A stretch of DNA of 64,000 nucleotides, taken from assembly GCA_964291675.2 (NCBI GenBank), contig OZ219866.1, forward strand, positions 1,216,001 through 1,280,000, written 5' to 3'. Made by a program: the position numbers and the translations under genes. Each line of letters starts with the position of its first letter. Positions within the stretch are counted from its first letter, which is position 1. Under the pieces are notes generated by a model, which was not told the origin of the DNA, searched no databases, and saw nothing but the letters and a program-made list of their open reading frames with translations. This stretch comes from Alphaproteobacteria bacterium. GTDB lineage: Bacteria > Pseudomonadota > Alphaproteobacteria > MPNO01. Below, one piece after another: positions 10,308 to 21,765 of the stretch.

Positions 10308-11333
10308 CTACCCCGCCTCCGCCGCGCGCAGCCGGCCCATCAGGCGGCGCGCTTCGAGATGGGCGGCGTCGGCGTTGATGTCGATGCGCCCGGCATCGCG
10401 GCCGGACTCGTTCCGCCGCTGCTGGGCTTCGAGGAACGCGATGTCCTCGAGAAACGCCGTCCGCACCTGGTCGTGCATCCCCTCGGTGATGCCGGGCGCG
10501 GTCAGCGCCGCGCTGTGTGCCTGGGCCCAGAACTGGTGGAGGCTTGCCGCGGTCTCCGGCGTGATGGCGTTGAGATTGCGGTTCGACATGCCCTGGCTGC
10601 GGTCGCCCTCGGGGGCGCCGGTCCCGGTCGGCGCGCCGCCCACGTCGAGGATGACCGCCGAGGGCGCGATGAAGTCGACGATCTGCCAGCGGTCGATATT
10701 GCCGGTGAACCCGCCGAGCCTCGCCAGCATCGGCGGCGGCGGGCGGTCGACGATCCAGCGCACCGTGCGGACCCCGCGCTGCGTCCGCTCGGCGGTCGCG
10801 GGGGTCTCGGCCACGCCCATCTCGCCCAGCGTCGTCGGGTGGACGAAGGGAAGATGCGAGAGATCCAACAAATTGTCGATCAGCAGCTGGTGGTTGCACC
10901 TGATGTGCAGATAGGACGGCTTGGCGCGCCAGTCGGGGTGGTCGAGCCAGTGGAAATCGGGGATCTGGTCCGGATCCATGCGCGCTTCCTCGCCCATCCA
11001 GATCCAGACGAAGCGGTCGCGCTCGACCAGCGGGAAGCGCGCCACCCGCGCCCCGGGCGGGATGCGCCCCTGGCCCGGCACGCTGACGCATCGGCCGGTC
11101 GCGTCGAACTGGAGCCCGTGATAGCCGCATTCGATGCGCGCTCCCAGCACCCGGCCCATCGACAGCGGCAGCGCGCGGTGGCAGCAGCGGTCCTCCAGCG
11201 CCACCGGGGCGCCGTCGGCGGTGCGGAACAGCGCCACCGGCGTGCCGAGCAGGGTGCGCGCGAGGATCTCGCCGGCCGCGAGCTCGTGCTGCCAGGCCGC
11301 GACATACCAGGCGTTGCGGACGAAGCCGCTCAC
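10308..11333 (-). CDS. Rieske oxygenase alpha subunit (VanA/O-demethylase-like)
   Basis: RNAWYVAAW, CCHR...CGYHG, DNLLDLSHLPFVH. Confidence 0.9.
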   Translation of the reverse strand: MSGFVRNAWYVAAWQHELAAGEILARTLLGTPVALFRTADGAPVALEDRCCHRALPLSMGRVLGARIECGYHGLQFDATGRCVSVPGQGRIPPGARVARFPLVERDRFVWIWMGEEARMDPDQIPDFHWLDHPDWRAKPSYLHIRCNHQLLIDNLLDLSHLPFVHPTTLGEMGVAETPATAERTQRGVRTVRWIVDRPPPPMLARLGGFTGNIDRWQIVDFIAPSAVILDVGGAPTGTGAPEGDRSQGMSNRNLNAITPETAASLHQFWAQAHSAALTAPGITEGMHDQVRTAFLEDIAFLEAQQRRNESGRDAGRIDINADAAHLEARRLMGRLRAAEAG

Positions 11334-12121
11334 CGGTCCGCCTCGCCGGGCTTCTTCAGGGTGAGCTCGTGCAGCATCGCGTAGCGCAGCCAGTGATTGT
11401 AGGCCGTCGTCAGGCAGAACATGAAGCCATACGCCCCCGCCCGCCACCGGCCGCGCAGCACATAGTCCCGGAAGAAGAACCAGGGCAGGCCGAAATACAC
11501 TTTTAGCGCCACCGAGGCGCCACGCCGGCGGTCCAGGTGGCGGAAGCGGCGGAGCTCGTTGGCCGCCTGCTTGCGCGACAGGTGGGCGATGTCGTCGAAG
11601 GCATGATGCAGCAGCGGGCCGGCGAGCCGGCGCACCCTGAGCCCCTCGGGGATCTCGAACTGGTCCCAGGCGCCGTCGGCCGGGACGCGGATGCGGCGCC
11701 GGTCGTAGAGCTTGGCGCGCCTGGGCGCGCGGGCCCCGCGCCAGGCCCGGCCGGACGGGTCGACGAACAGCATCGGGAGCAGGCACACATCCGCAGCGGG
11801 CTCGCCGGCCGCGAAGAGCTCGCGGATCTCCCGCGCCAGCTCCTCCGTGACGACCTCGTCGGCATCGAGGTCGAGCAGCCAGTCGTGCCGGCAGGCGTCC
11901 TCGCCGACCCGCTTCTGGTGGCCGGAGCCCAGCCAGGGCTGCGCGACGACCCGCGCCCCGGCCCGCTCCGCCTCGGCGACCGTGGCGTCGGTCGATCCGG
12001 AATCGACCACCACCACCTCGCGCGCCACGAGAGCGGCGGCGGCGACGGTCGCGGCTATCTTCGCCGCCTCGTCGAGGGTGCGGATGTAGCAGGAGACCGG
12101 CGGGCGGGCGTCACGCGTCAT
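11330..12121 (-). CDS. Glycosyltransferase family 2 (WaaE/KdtX-like)
   Basis: VVDSGSTDAT and LDLDADE (DxD) motifs. Confidence 0.9.
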   Translation of the reverse strand: MTRDARPPVSCYIRTLDEAAKIAATVAAAALVAREVVVVDSGSTDATVAEAERAGARVVAQPWLGSGHQKRVGEDACRHDWLLDLDADEVVTEELAREIRELFAAGEPAADVCLLPMLFVDPSGRAWRGARAPRRAKLYDRRRIRVPADGAWDQFEIPEGLRVRRLAGPLLHHAFDDIAHLSRKQAANELRRFRHLDRRRGASVALKVYFGLPWFFFRDYVLRGRWRAGAYGFMFCLTTAYNHWLRYAMLHELTLKKPGEADR

Positions 12122-13847
12122 CGGCGAGTCGAGCGCGCAGCGCCGCCGTTGCCTCGGCGTCCACCGCGCGGCCGCCCGCGTCGGCCACCACGCCGTAGAC
12201 CTCGCGCATGGTCCGTTGCGAGACGATCCCGTCGCGCAGGTCGCGCAGCACGCTCGCCGGCGCGCGCTCGAGCGGGTCGCCCCAGCCGCCGCCGCCCGGC
12301 GATTGGGTGACGAAGCGCACCGGCCCGGTCGATTCCAGCCCGAACTTGGGCGCGCGCCGCGTCGTCCCGTCGGCGAAGCGCAGATGCATGTGGCCCGCCG
12401 CCCCGGCGCCGCCGCCGTTGACGCCATAGCCGGTCTCGTATTCCAGCCCCTCGCCGCGGAAGGAGTGCGTCGCGTCGGTCAGGATCTCGACCTCGTAATC
12501 GGCGCCGCTGCCGCCGCGCCAGCGTCCCGGCCCGGCGGCGTCGCAGCGGAACTCCTGGCGGTGGAACAGCACCGGGTAGAGCTGCTCGTAGACCTCGACA
12601 TTGGGCATGGTGAGCCCGCCGAGGGTGCAGACATGGCCGATCTGGTTGAACCCGTCGCGCCCGTCGACCGCGCCCGCGCCCGCCGCCGCCGCGCCGTGGT
12701 AGAACACGTAGCGGTCGCCGCTCGCCTCGCGTCCGACCGAGATGCCGAACACGTTCTTGGCCCAGCCGGCGCAGCCCCGCGCCGGGTCGGCCTTGGCCAG
12801 GGCCTTCCACACCGCGTGAATGATCTCGTGGGCGCAGAACACGGTGCACATGGTGGTCGGCGCGCCCTCCTCGGCGTTGACGATGGTCCCCTCCGGGGCG
12901 TGGATGTCGACGCAGCGGAAGGCGCCCTCGTTATGCGGCAAGGACGGGTCGAGGAAGGAGGCGAGCGCGGTGTAGACGGCCGAATGGGTGTTGCCGAGGG
13001 ACGAGTTCTTGAAGCCGCGGATCTGGTCGTCGCTGCCGGCGAAATCGATGGCGAGCGTGTCGCCCTCGATCGTCGCCCTGACCCGCACGGTCACGTCGCG
13101 CAGCTCGAAGCAGTCGTTGTCCGAGCGGTCCTCGGCCTCGTAGACCCCGTCCGGCATCTCGGCGATCTCGGCGCGGACGCAGCGGTCGGCATGGTCGAGC
13201 ACGCCGGTGAAATAGGCGAGCGCGGTCTCGCGGCCGAGCTCGTCGGCCAAGGAGGCCACGCGCTCCATGCCGATCCGGGTGGAGCCCAGCATGGCCCGCA
13301 GATCCCCGTCCAGCAGGTGCGGCGTCCGCGTATTCAGCATCAGCAGCTTCCACAAATCCTCGCGCATCCGGCCGGCCTCGACCAGGCGCAGCACCGGCAG
13401 GCGGATGCCCTCGTGGAACACTTCCGTGGCGGAGGGGTTGTAGGCCCCCGCCGCCCCGCCGCCGATGTCGGACTGGTGCGCCCGGTTGCAGGTGAGCCCG
13501 ACGAACGCGCCGCCGGCGAAGATCGGCCGCGCGATCACCCAGTCCGGCAGGTGGTTGCCGCCCGCCGCCCACGGGTCGTTGAGCAGGTAGACGTCGCCCG
13601 GCTCGATGGCGTCGCCGAAATCGCGCAGGATCGCGCGCACCCCGAACCCGCCGCTCCCGGTGTGGATTGGGATGCCGTCGGCCTGGCTGACGACCTCGCC
13701 GGTGGGCCCGGCGATGAAGCAGGAGAAGTCGTGCGCCTGGCTGAAGATCGGGCTGCGGGCGGTGCGGACCATCACCCAGCCCATCTGGTGCGAGATGTGG
13801 TCGAGCCGGTTCTGGGTCAGCGCCAGGATGACGGGGTCGAGGTCCAT
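12111..13847 (-). CDS. Hydantoinase B/oxoprolinase family protein
   Basis: RTARSP, LNDPWAAGGNHLPD, PGGGGWGDP. Confidence 0.93.
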   Translation of the reverse strand: MDLDPVILALTQNRLDHISHQMGWVMVRTARSPIFSQAHDFSCFIAGPTGEVVSQADGIPIHTGSGGFGVRAILRDFGDAIEPGDVYLLNDPWAAGGNHLPDWVIARPIFAGGAFVGLTCNRAHQSDIGGGAAGAYNPSATEVFHEGIRLPVLRLVEAGRMREDLWKLLMLNTRTPHLLDGDLRAMLGSTRIGMERVASLADELGRETALAYFTGVLDHADRCVRAEIAEMPDGVYEAEDRSDNDCFELRDVTVRVRATIEGDTLAIDFAGSDDQIRGFKNSSLGNTHSAVYTALASFLDPSLPHNEGAFRCVDIHAPEGTIVNAEEGAPTTMCTVFCAHEIIHAVWKALAKADPARGCAGWAKNVFGISVGREASGDRYVFYHGAAAAGAGAVDGRDGFNQIGHVCTLGGLTMPNVEVYEQLYPVLFHRQEFRCDAAGPGRWRGGSGADYEVEILTDATHSFRGEGLEYETGYGVNGGGAGAAGHMHLRFADGTTRRAPKFGLESTGPVRFVTQSPGGGGWGDPLERAPASVLRDLRDGIVSQRTMREVYGVVADAGGRAVDAEATAALRARLADDA

Positions 13848-15929
13848 CTACCCCTCCTCCCGGAAGGTTATCAGGTAGTTGTCGAGCCTATCCACCGCCG
13901 CGCGCTCGCCGGAGCCGACGACCACGGTGGTGGTCTCCTCCTCGATCACCGCCGGGCCGTCGACGAAATCGCCCGGGCGCATCGCCGCGCCGTCATGGAT
14001 CGCGGTCTCCAGGAAGCCGCCGGTCGCCTGGTCGTAGACCGGGCGGGTCGATGTCGGCGCGGCGCGGCGCTCGACCTCCTCGAAGACGACCTCGGCGAGC
14101 GGCGGCAGCTTGCCGATGCCCACCACCCGGAGGTTGGAGACGTTGATCCGCCCGCCCGGGTTGGTGTGGCCGTATTGCCGGTCGTACTCGGCCTCGAAGG
14201 CGGCGCGGATCTCGCCCGGCGAGGCGTCGGGGGAAAGCGCCACCCGCACGTCCCATTGCTGGCCCTCGTAATGCAGGTCGAGCTCGTGGCCGAAGCGTGT
14301 GTCCCCCGGCTCGAACCCCTCGCGCCGCAGCGCATCGGCCGCCTGCGCCTCCAGCGAAGCGTAGCCGTCCGCCAGCGCCGCGCCCACGCCGTCCGTGAGC
14401 TCGCGCATCGCCACCTGGACGAAGTCGCGCCTGACATCGGCGTGCTGCATGCCGATGGCGCAGAACGCGCCCGACTGGCGCGGCACGTAGACCGCGCGCG
14501 CGCCGAGCGCCCGGCCGACGCTCGCCCCGTGCATCGGCCCCGCCCCGCCGCAGGCCACGAGGGTGAAGCGCCCCGGGTTGTAGCCGCGCTGGATCGAGAT
14601 GCGCTCGACGGCGTGCAGCAGGTTCTGCTCGACGATGCGGATGATGCCGGCCGCGGCCTCGGCGAGCGGGATGCCGAGCGGCTCGGCGACCGCCGCCGCG
14701 ATCGCGCGCTCGGCGGCGTCGCGGTCGAGGGTGACCGAGCCCCCGGCATAGGGCCCGGGGCGCAGCCGGCCGAGCACCAGATGGGCGTCGGTGACGGTGG
14801 GCCTGATCCCGCCGAGCCCGTAGGCGGCGGGCCCCGGCCGCGCGCCGGCGCCCTCGGGCCCGGCATACATCATGCCGGCGCCGTCGATGCCGGCGATGGT
14901 GCCGCCGCCCGCGCCCACGGTGTGGATGTCGACCGAGGGCGTGACCAGGTCGTACTCGGCGACCGAGAGCGCATCCGTGATGGCGACCCGGCCCTCGTGC
15001 ATCAGCATCACGTCGCAGCTCGTGCCGCCGATCTCCATGCTGACCAGATTGCCCTCGCCGAGCCCGCTCGCCAGATGCTGGATCGCGCCGACGCCGGCCG
15101 ACGGGCCGGACAGCAGCAGATTCACCGGCTGCTCGATGAGCTGGTCGAGCGAGGCCGCGCCGCCGTTGCTCTGCAGCATCAGCAGCCGGGTCTTGAGCCC
15201 GAGCGCCGCCAGCCGGTCGGCGAGCGCCGCCAGGTAGTCGGCGACGCGCGGCATCACATAGGCGTTGACCGCGATGGTCGAGGCACGCTCGTACTCGCCC
15301 ATGATGGGGACGATGTCGGCCGAGACCGAGACCCAGCGGCAGAGCCCCGACCGGCGCACCACCTCGGCGGCGGCGTGCTCGTGCGCCGGGTTCTTGAAGC
15401 TGTTGATCAGGCAGATCGCGACCGAGTCCACGCCCTCGTCGCGGAAGGTCTCGATGGCGGCGCGCACATCGTCGAGCTCGACCGGCTCGATCTCGCCCCC
15501 GTCGGCGCCGATCCGCCCGCGCACCGGCAGGCGGAGGTAGCGCGGCACCAGCACCGGCGGGTAGGGGGTGCGGTGGTCCCACGGGTCCTTGCGCAGGCCC
15601 CTTCGGGCTTCGAGCGAGTCGCGGAAGCCGGCGGTGGTCAAGAGCCCGACCCGGCCGCCCTTGCCCTCCAGCAGCGTGTTGGTCGCCACCGTCGAGCCGT
15701 GCAGGAAGAACGCGCAGTCGCCGAGGAACCCGGCCAGGGTGAGGCCGAGTGCCGCGCACGCCTTCTCCAGCGCCGCGATCGCCCCCGCGCCCGGGTCGTC
15801 GGGCACGGACGGCACCTTGAACACCGCCGTCCGCCCGCCGGCATCGGCGACCACCAGGTCGGTGAACGTCCCCCCCACATCGACGCCCACGCGCCATGGC
15901 GGCGATTTCAGCCCGTGCGTGTCGTTCAT
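13848..15929 (-). CDS. Hydantoinase A/oxoprolinase family protein
   Basis: VDVGGTFTD, HGSTVATN, SGPSAG, GAGGG. Confidence 0.93.
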   Translation of the reverse strand: MNDTHGLKSPPWRVGVDVGGTFTDLVVADAGGRTAVFKVPSVPDDPGAGAIAALEKACAALGLTLAGFLGDCAFFLHGSTVATNTLLEGKGGRVGLLTTAGFRDSLEARRGLRKDPWDHRTPYPPVLVPRYLRLPVRGRIGADGGEIEPVELDDVRAAIETFRDEGVDSVAICLINSFKNPAHEHAAAEVVRRSGLCRWVSVSADIVPIMGEYERASTIAVNAYVMPRVADYLAALADRLAALGLKTRLLMLQSNGGAASLDQLIEQPVNLLLSGPSAGVGAIQHLASGLGEGNLVSMEIGGTSCDVMLMHEGRVAITDALSVAEYDLVTPSVDIHTVGAGGGTIAGIDGAGMMYAGPEGAGARPGPAAYGLGGIRPTVTDAHLVLGRLRPGPYAGGSVTLDRDAAERAIAAAVAEPLGIPLAEAAAGIIRIVEQNLLHAVERISIQRGYNPGRFTLVACGGAGPMHGASVGRALGARAVYVPRQSGAFCAIGMQHADVRRDFVQVAMRELTDGVGAALADGYASLEAQAADALRREGFEPGDTRFGHELDLHYEGQQWDVRVALSPDASPGEIRAAFEAEYDRQYGHTNPGGRINVSNLRVVGIGKLPPLAEVVFEEVERRAAPTSTRPVYDQATGGFLETAIHDGAAMRPGDFVDGPAVIEEETTTVVVGSGERAAVDRLDNYLITFREEG

Positions 15930-16256
15930 TGCGAAGCCCGTCAGTACACTGATTATCCGATTGGAAAGCCTAAACCGGACCCATCCGCGTCGCAAGCCAT
16001 GTGTGACTGAGACGGAAGAATGGAAAACATGAGGGGGCCATTCAACTGCCGTCTAGGCCTGAACAAATCCATTGACGGTCCCAGGACTTTCAAGGTACAG
16101 ACATCCTCACCGATCCATTTTCACCTAGTGAGGGGGAGCCTATAAAGCAACGCAAGATTGACCGAATTTACTTTTGTCTTCAAGCTAGAATTAGTGAAAG
16201 TCGTCTATCTCGTCTGGTGCAACAGTAAATGCACTAGCTTTTGTTGGTTTGTCAAA

Positions 16257-16286
16257 TTGAAGGGGCCTTCGCTGCCTGCGTATACT
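16257..16286 (+). promoter_or_regulatory. Putative sigma70 promoter of the AT-richer cassette
   Basis: TTGAAG-N18-TATACT about 30-40 bp upstream of the start codon. Confidence 0.4.
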
Positions 16287-17413
16287 TCAAGACTAAGGGT
16301 ACCGTCGTGATTGTGTGTGGCTGGACGTGAACATATCCTTCAGAACGCAACTTCTTGGTAGTGTTGCTGACCTATGTTCCGAATGCAACTTTGCTCTGGC
16401 AAGACCGGACATCTTAGTAGAGTTGCTCGTTAGACTTGCGCGTTACCGAGAAGAAGGCACGAAACTTGCGCCGCAGGTTTATTTGACTGACGATATAGAC
16501 TTTGTAATGAAACTGCTTCCCGGCGGTGAAAAAGTCCCTCTTTCGACTGCGGCATCAGACCCCAACGGAGTTGAAAAATTGCTTAAGTTGTGCGCTCCCT
16601 TAGCTGTCGGTGAATGGAGGATATTCGGCCAACAGATTGCCGACGAACTTACTTTCGGTGTTTTCCGTGGATCAAGCAATCCCATATCAGTTAGTGTGGA
16701 TGATACTTTGTTGTCAGAACAGACTGAAGCAACGGTTATCAAATTACATCAAGTTGCAGAAGAATGTGTGCAACTACGAAGTTCTAAAGGTCACTGTGAT
16801 CACGTGTTCTTTAATCATCGCAAAGTGGAAGATCCAACCCCTCTTCAGTATATTGATGAACTCATTAATAGCATTGTAAAGAAAGTAGAAGACGATGTCA
16901 GAGATGCCGCACACGGCTTTATTGCAAAGACTATACAATCTGCGTTGGTTCACTCTCATGGATGTCTTTTGGCTGTTACTAGTATGCCGAGACCCCCGCA
17001 AGTGCTAAGTCTTGACGCCGTGATATTGGATCGGCCGATCGATTTCCCTTCGTTGATCAGGCAATTGAAGAAAGATGATGATACTAGCACTTGGTTACAG
17101 CATATCGAAAGAGAGGCTCAGTTAGTTGAAGGAATGATCAATTGCGATGGAATTACATTGTTTGATCAGTATGGGAAGTTGCTTGCTTATCGTTGCTTCA
17201 TCCAATTGCCAAGACGAGTGGACGTAGGGGGAGGAGCCCGACGGCGGGCCTTTGAAACTCTAAAGGGGCGACTAGGCAAAGGTCTCTCAGCCGTAAGCGT
17301 TCGGGGTAGCCGCCCTTGTCAGGGGTAGGTTCGGGACCGCAGTCTCTGTTCCGGGATTTGGCGGCCGATAGTGTCCATTATCGGCTAATGGACACTATCG
17401 TTGGGGGGCTGCG

Positions 17414-17761
17414 GTGGCGCGTCGTGTACGCCGGTTCTGGTCGGACGATGAGAAGCGCCGGATTGTTGCGCAGAGCTACGCGCCCGGGGTTTCGGTGTCG
17501 GTTGTGGCGCGTCGCTACGACGTGAACTCCAACCTGATCTTCACTTGGCGGCGCGATCCCCGCTACAGGCCGGCGGCGGATGGCGAGGGTGCGCCGTCCT
17601 TCCTGGCGGTGGAGGTGGTGCCCGATGCGCCGCCGTCAGAGCCGTCTGCGGCATCGGAGGGTCGGATCGAGATTGCGTTGTCGAGCGGCCACCGGGTGAG
17701 CGCGATCGGGGCGTTCGACGTGGACGCGCTGTGTCGCGTGGTGCGGGCGCTGGGCGGATGA
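17414..17761 (+). CDS. tnpA: IS66 TnpA (HTH)
   Basis: [13 protein letters not shown]...[19 protein letters not shown]. Confidence 0.92.
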   Translation: MARRVRRFWSDDEKRRIVAQSYAPGVSVSVVARRYDVNSNLIFTWRRDPRYRPAADGEGAPSFLAVEVVPDAPPSEPSAASEGRIEIALSSGHRVSAIGAFDVDALCRVVRALGG

Positions 17762-18105
17762 TCCCGGTCCCGTCCTCGACCCGGGTATGGCTGGCCTGCG
17801 GGGTGACCGACATGCGCAAGGGGTTCCCGGGGCTTGCGGCGCAGGCGGAGCGGGTGTTGAAGGCGGATCCGCATTGCGGCCATCTCTTCATCTACCGGGG
17901 CCGTCGGGGCGACCTGATCAAGATGATCTGGTGGGACGGCCAGGGAGCGTGCCTGTTCTCGAAGCGTCTTGAGCGCGGCCGTTTCGTGTGGCCGTCGGCG
18001 TCGGAGGGCAAGGTTTCGGTGACGCCGGCGCAGCTGTCGATGCTGTTGGAGGGGATCGACTGGCGGGCGCCGGTTCGCACCTGGCGGCCTTTGGCGGCGG
18101 GATGA
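17758..18105 (+). CDS. tnpB: IS66 accessory protein TnpB
   Basis: [28 protein letters not shown]. Confidence 0.95.
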   Translation: MIPVPSSTRVWLACGVTDMRKGFPGLAAQAERVLKADPHCGHLFIYRGRRGDLIKMIWWDGQGACLFSKRLERGRFVWPSASEGKVSVTPAQLSMLLEGIDWRAPVRTWRPLAAG

Positions 18106-19526
18106 TTCATCGTTTATATACAATAGGTTGACTCCTATCCGGGCTTCCCTTTGGCGGCCTTTTCCTGTAGGCTGCGGTCATGCTCGAAGAGGCGCATTCC
18201 CTGCCTGACGACATCGCCGCACTGAAGGCGATGGTGCTGTCCTCGCGGGCCGAGGTGGCGGCGCGGGACGCCGAGTTGCGCAACCGTGACCTTCTGATCG
18301 AGAAGCTCAAGCACCAGCTTGCGGGTCTGCGCCGCCAGCGCTTCGGCGCCACTTCGGAGGCCCTCGATCAGCTTGAGCTCGGGCTGGAGGACGAGGAGAT
18401 CGCGCGCTCGGCCGAGACGTTTGCCGAGCCAGCCCCGGCGGCAAAGAGACAGCCCAAGCGCCGTCCCTTGCCGGACCACCTGCCGCGCGAGGAGACGCAT
18501 CTCGCGCCTTCAGGCGATCGCTGCGCGGACTGCGGCGGTCGCCTCAAGCGTCTCGGCGAGGATGTGACCGAGGAGCTGGAGTACATCCCCGGCCGCTTCG
18601 TGGTGAAGCGCATCGTGCGCCCGCGCCTGGCCTGCGGCGGCTGTGAGACGTTCCACCAAGCGCCGCTGCCGTCGCGGCCGATCGAGCGCGGCCGTCCGGG
18701 CCCGGGCCTTCTGGCGCATGTGCTGGTCTCGAAGTACTGCGATCACCTGCCGCTCTACCGTCAGTCGCGTATCTTCGCCCGCGATGGCGTCGATCTCGAC
18801 CGCTCGACGCTGGCCGGCTGGGTGGGCAAGGCGACGGCGCTGCTGGAGCCCCTGGCCGATGCCGTCGGGCGCCATGTTCTGGGCGGCCAAGCCCTGTTCG
18901 CCGACGACACCCCGGTCAAGTTGCTGGCGCCGGGGACCGGCAAGACGGCGACGGGTCGGGCCTGGACCTATGTCCGCGACGAGCGTCCGTGGAAGGGCGA
19001 GGCATCGCCGGCGGCGTGGTATCGCTTCTCGGCCGACCGCAAGGCGGCGCATCCGAAGAGCCATCTCGCGGGCTACGCCGGCTGGATGCACTCGGACGGC
19101 TATGCCGGCTTCGGCGCACTGGCGCGCGCGGGGCCGGTCCGCGAGGTCGCCTGCCTGGCCCATGTGCGGCGCAAGTTCTTCGACGTCCACGCCGCTCAGG
19201 GCTCGGCGGTCGCCGCCGAGGCGCTGGAACGGATCGCCGCGCTCTACGCCATCGAGAAGGAGGTCCGCGGGCAGCCCCCAGAGCGCCGCGTCGCGATCCG
19301 CCGCGCCAAGGCCGCGCCGCACCTCGATGAGTTCGAGCGCTGGCTGCAAACGCAACTGCCGAAGCTCTCCGCCAAGACCCCGCTGGCGGCGGCGATCCGC
19401 CATGCGCTGACCCGGCTGAAGCGCCTGCGGCCCTATATCGAGCACGGCTTCCTCGAGATCGACAACAACCCGGCCGAGCGCGCGATGCGCCCGATCGCGA
19501 CGATGGAGTCATTCTGCACCCCTTCT

Positions 19527-21599
19527 TCAAGTGTCTGAAAACATTGACATCTGATCCCGACATGAAGCGCGACGCGGGTCTTTCCGCAGTGCCAGGGCGT
19601 TGGCGACCCGCTCGGAATGGAGGTCTTTGGCCCTGATTTGCCAGGGCGCTCCGGGAACGAGTTGCGTGGCAGGTAGCGTTCCATCCTCGATCAGGCGCCT
19701 GAGGGTATGGCTGGTCGTGCCCAACTCTTTCGCCGCCTCGGTCATGGTGCGCCAGTCGCCCTGCTTGTCCGCTGAGAGGTAGCCGTCGATCCCGTTCACA
19801 CGCCGGATCGATCCGACCCGGTGAGCGGTCCAACTCTTGTGCTGCCCGGTCCGCATACCCATCCGGTTGAGCGACGCGGCGATATGTTCGTCCGACCATC
19901 GCCCGGCCATGCTGCGTATCACTGCCAGAGCTTCCTCGGGCGTTCGGCAGCCATGTTCGCCGCTCTTGGGCTTGCGGACCCTGAGACGGGAATGACGGCC
20001 ACCCATCCAGTGGATCGTCAGCAGGACGTCACGCGCCTCTTCGTCGACATCGACGATTATGCCCATGATCAGGGTGCGCACGAGACGCTGGCGGGCGCGC
20101 ATGCTCACCCCGGGCGCGTTCCAGGCGGCCTTCAGGTCGTCGGCAAGTCCGGCCAGGTCGGGGACAGTGGGCCGCGGCGACGGCATCGCGCCCAGCCTTG
20201 CTTCGCACGCCTGGACGCGTCGAAGCGCTGCCTCCCAACTCTTCTCCAGCTCGGCGGCGATCAGCCGGTTGTCCGGATCGCAGGCGGCGTAGCGCCGCTC
20301 GGCGAGCGCCGCCTCGTAGCGGGCTTGCTGCAGATCCAGCTCGGCCACCCGTTGCTGTTCGGAAAGACCCTCCGCGTTCATCCGCTCGGCTTCCAACGAG
20401 GCTTCCACCGCCATGGGCTCCACGACGCGGAGGATCTCATCGGCAACGGCCGCATCCACACGCGCACCCCCGAACCCCAGACAGGGCTCTAGCTCGAGCT
20501 GGAGGTGTCGCCGATTGCAGCGGTAGACAGGATTGCCGGGCGTGCGACCGGAATAGGCAACGCTCATCGTGCGTCCGCAGCGTGCGCAACTGAGGAGGCC
20601 GCCAAGAAGCGCCCGCCCGCCGCGCCCCGACTTCGTGCCCCCCGCCTTGCCGAAGGCATTGGCGGCGAGCTGCGCCTGGTTGCGCTCGAACTCCGGCCAG
20701 TCGATGTAGCCCTCGTGATGGTCCTTCAGCACGACCTCCCATTCCGCCATCGGCTTGCGGTGTCCATAGCTCTTGCGCACGCGCCCGTCGACGATCTCGG
20801 TCCGCCGCTCGCTTTTGCCGTAAGCGTAGACCCCGGCGTAGAAAGGGTTCTTCAACACCGAAATTACGTTGCGATAGCGGATCGGCGTCCAGTCGAAGGA
20901 GACCATTGTCCTGCCATCCGACGGGCGTGGGAAGCAAAGCTTCTGCCCGCTCAGCGCCAGCAACACCTGCCGCGCGCTGCCAAGCTCGCGAAACCGGGCG
21001 AATACCTGACGGATCGCTTCCTGAACCCGAATGTCGGGGTCCAGCCCCAGCCCGGCCTCGGGATGCCAGACGTAGCCGATCGGGACGCTGATGCGAAGCT
21101 CGCCGCGGGCGGCCTTGGAGCGGGCGGCCTCGAACATCCGAGCGCGCAGAACGCCGAGTTCGAACTCGCTGATCTGGCCCTTCATGCCGAGCAGCAGACG
21201 ATCGTTGGGGTGGCGAGGATCGTAGATGCCATCCTGGTCGATGACGCGTGCCTCGACGAGACCGCAGAGCTCGAGAAGATGGTGCCAGTCCCGGCCGTTG
21301 CGAGAGACCCGCGAAGCCTCGAAACAAAGCACGGCTCCAACGTCCCCGGCGCACAGCCAGGCGACGAGGCGCTCGAAACCGGGCCGCGCAACGGCACCGT
21401 CCGCCGACAGGCCCTGATCGTCGTCGATGACTTCGACCCGGGCAAAGCCGTGCCCGCGCGCCACATCGACGAGATCGTATTGGCGGCGCTGGCTCTCCAG
21501 ATTGTTCCGCATCTGCTGGGGCGTGGACTGACGGACATAGACCACGGCCTTGCGCGTCAACACCGATCGCGGCAACGCTTCAGCGACGCCCATCGTCAT
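19527..21599 (-). CDS. Large serine recombinase (resolvase, recombinase, Zn-ribbon, coiled coil, C-terminal HTH); start 21599 or 21593
   Basis: YVRQST catalytic Ser motif, RPGF, SRVSRN, CARCG...YRC, C-terminal excisionase-like HTH (TMTEAAKELG). Confidence 0.95.
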   Translation of the reverse strand: MTMGVAEALPRSVLTRKAVVYVRQSTPQQMRNNLESQRRQYDLVDVARGHGFARVEVIDDDQGLSADGAVARPGFERLVAWLCAGDVGAVLCFEASRVSRNGRDWHHLLELCGLVEARVIDQDGIYDPRHPNDRLLLGMKGQISEFELGVLRARMFEAARSKAARGELRISVPIGYVWHPEAGLGLDPDIRVQEAIRQVFARFRELGSARQVLLALSGQKLCFPRPSDGRTMVSFDWTPIRYRNVISVLKNPFYAGVYAYGKSERRTEIVDGRVRKSYGHRKPMAEWEVVLKDHHEGYIDWPEFERNQAQLAANAFGKAGGTKSGRGGRALLGGLLSCARCGRTMSVAYSGRTPGNPVYRCNRRHLQLELEPCLGFGGARVDAAVADEILRVVEPMAVEASLEAERMNAEGLSEQQRVAELDLQQARYEAALAERRYAACDPDNRLIAAELEKSWEAALRRVQACEARLGAMPSPRPTVPDLAGLADDLKAAWNAPGVSMRARQRLVRTLIMGIIVDVDEEARDVLLTIHWMGGRHSRLRVRKPKSGEHGCRTPEEALAVIRSMAGRWSDEHIAASLNRMGMRTGQHKSWTAHRVGSIRRVNGIDGYLSADKQGDWRTMTEAAKELGTTSHTLRRLIEDGTLPATQLVPGAPWQIRAKDLHSERVANALALRKDPRRASCRDQMSMFSDT

Positions 21600-21765
21600 C
21601 CTCCTTCACCGGGGCGGTCGCCGCTTCCAGAAGCAACCCGGCCACTGCGCTCACCACCGCGTCTCGTTCCTCCGAGCTCAGACCGCGCAGCGTCGGTGCG
21701 TCGAGCGGCATGCCGAGCTGTCGGGGTTCTCTCGGCGGTCGCGCTGTTACAGGCAAAGACTTCAT
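21580..21765 (-). CDS. Small accessory protein of the recombinase element (61 aa)
   Basis: GGAGAGGAG RBS then ATG; ...LSSEERDAVVSAVAGLLLEAA helical peptide overlapping the LSR start. Confidence 0.65.
   Translation of the reverse strand: MKSLPVTARPPREPRQLGMPLDAPTLRGLSSEERDAVVSAVAGLLLEAATAPVKEDDDGRR

Noticed and set aside
12216-16010. Very long ORFs antisense to real genes (also 38308-41118, 42049-44460, 52851-55418, 56904-59768)
   Set aside because: Shadow frames of high-GC coding sequence with no recognisable motifs; the opposite strand carries clear families.
19499-19538. TnpC C-terminus TMESFCTPSSSV as given in the ORF track
   Set aside because: Read-through into the inserted element; the true C-terminus is at 22083-22269.
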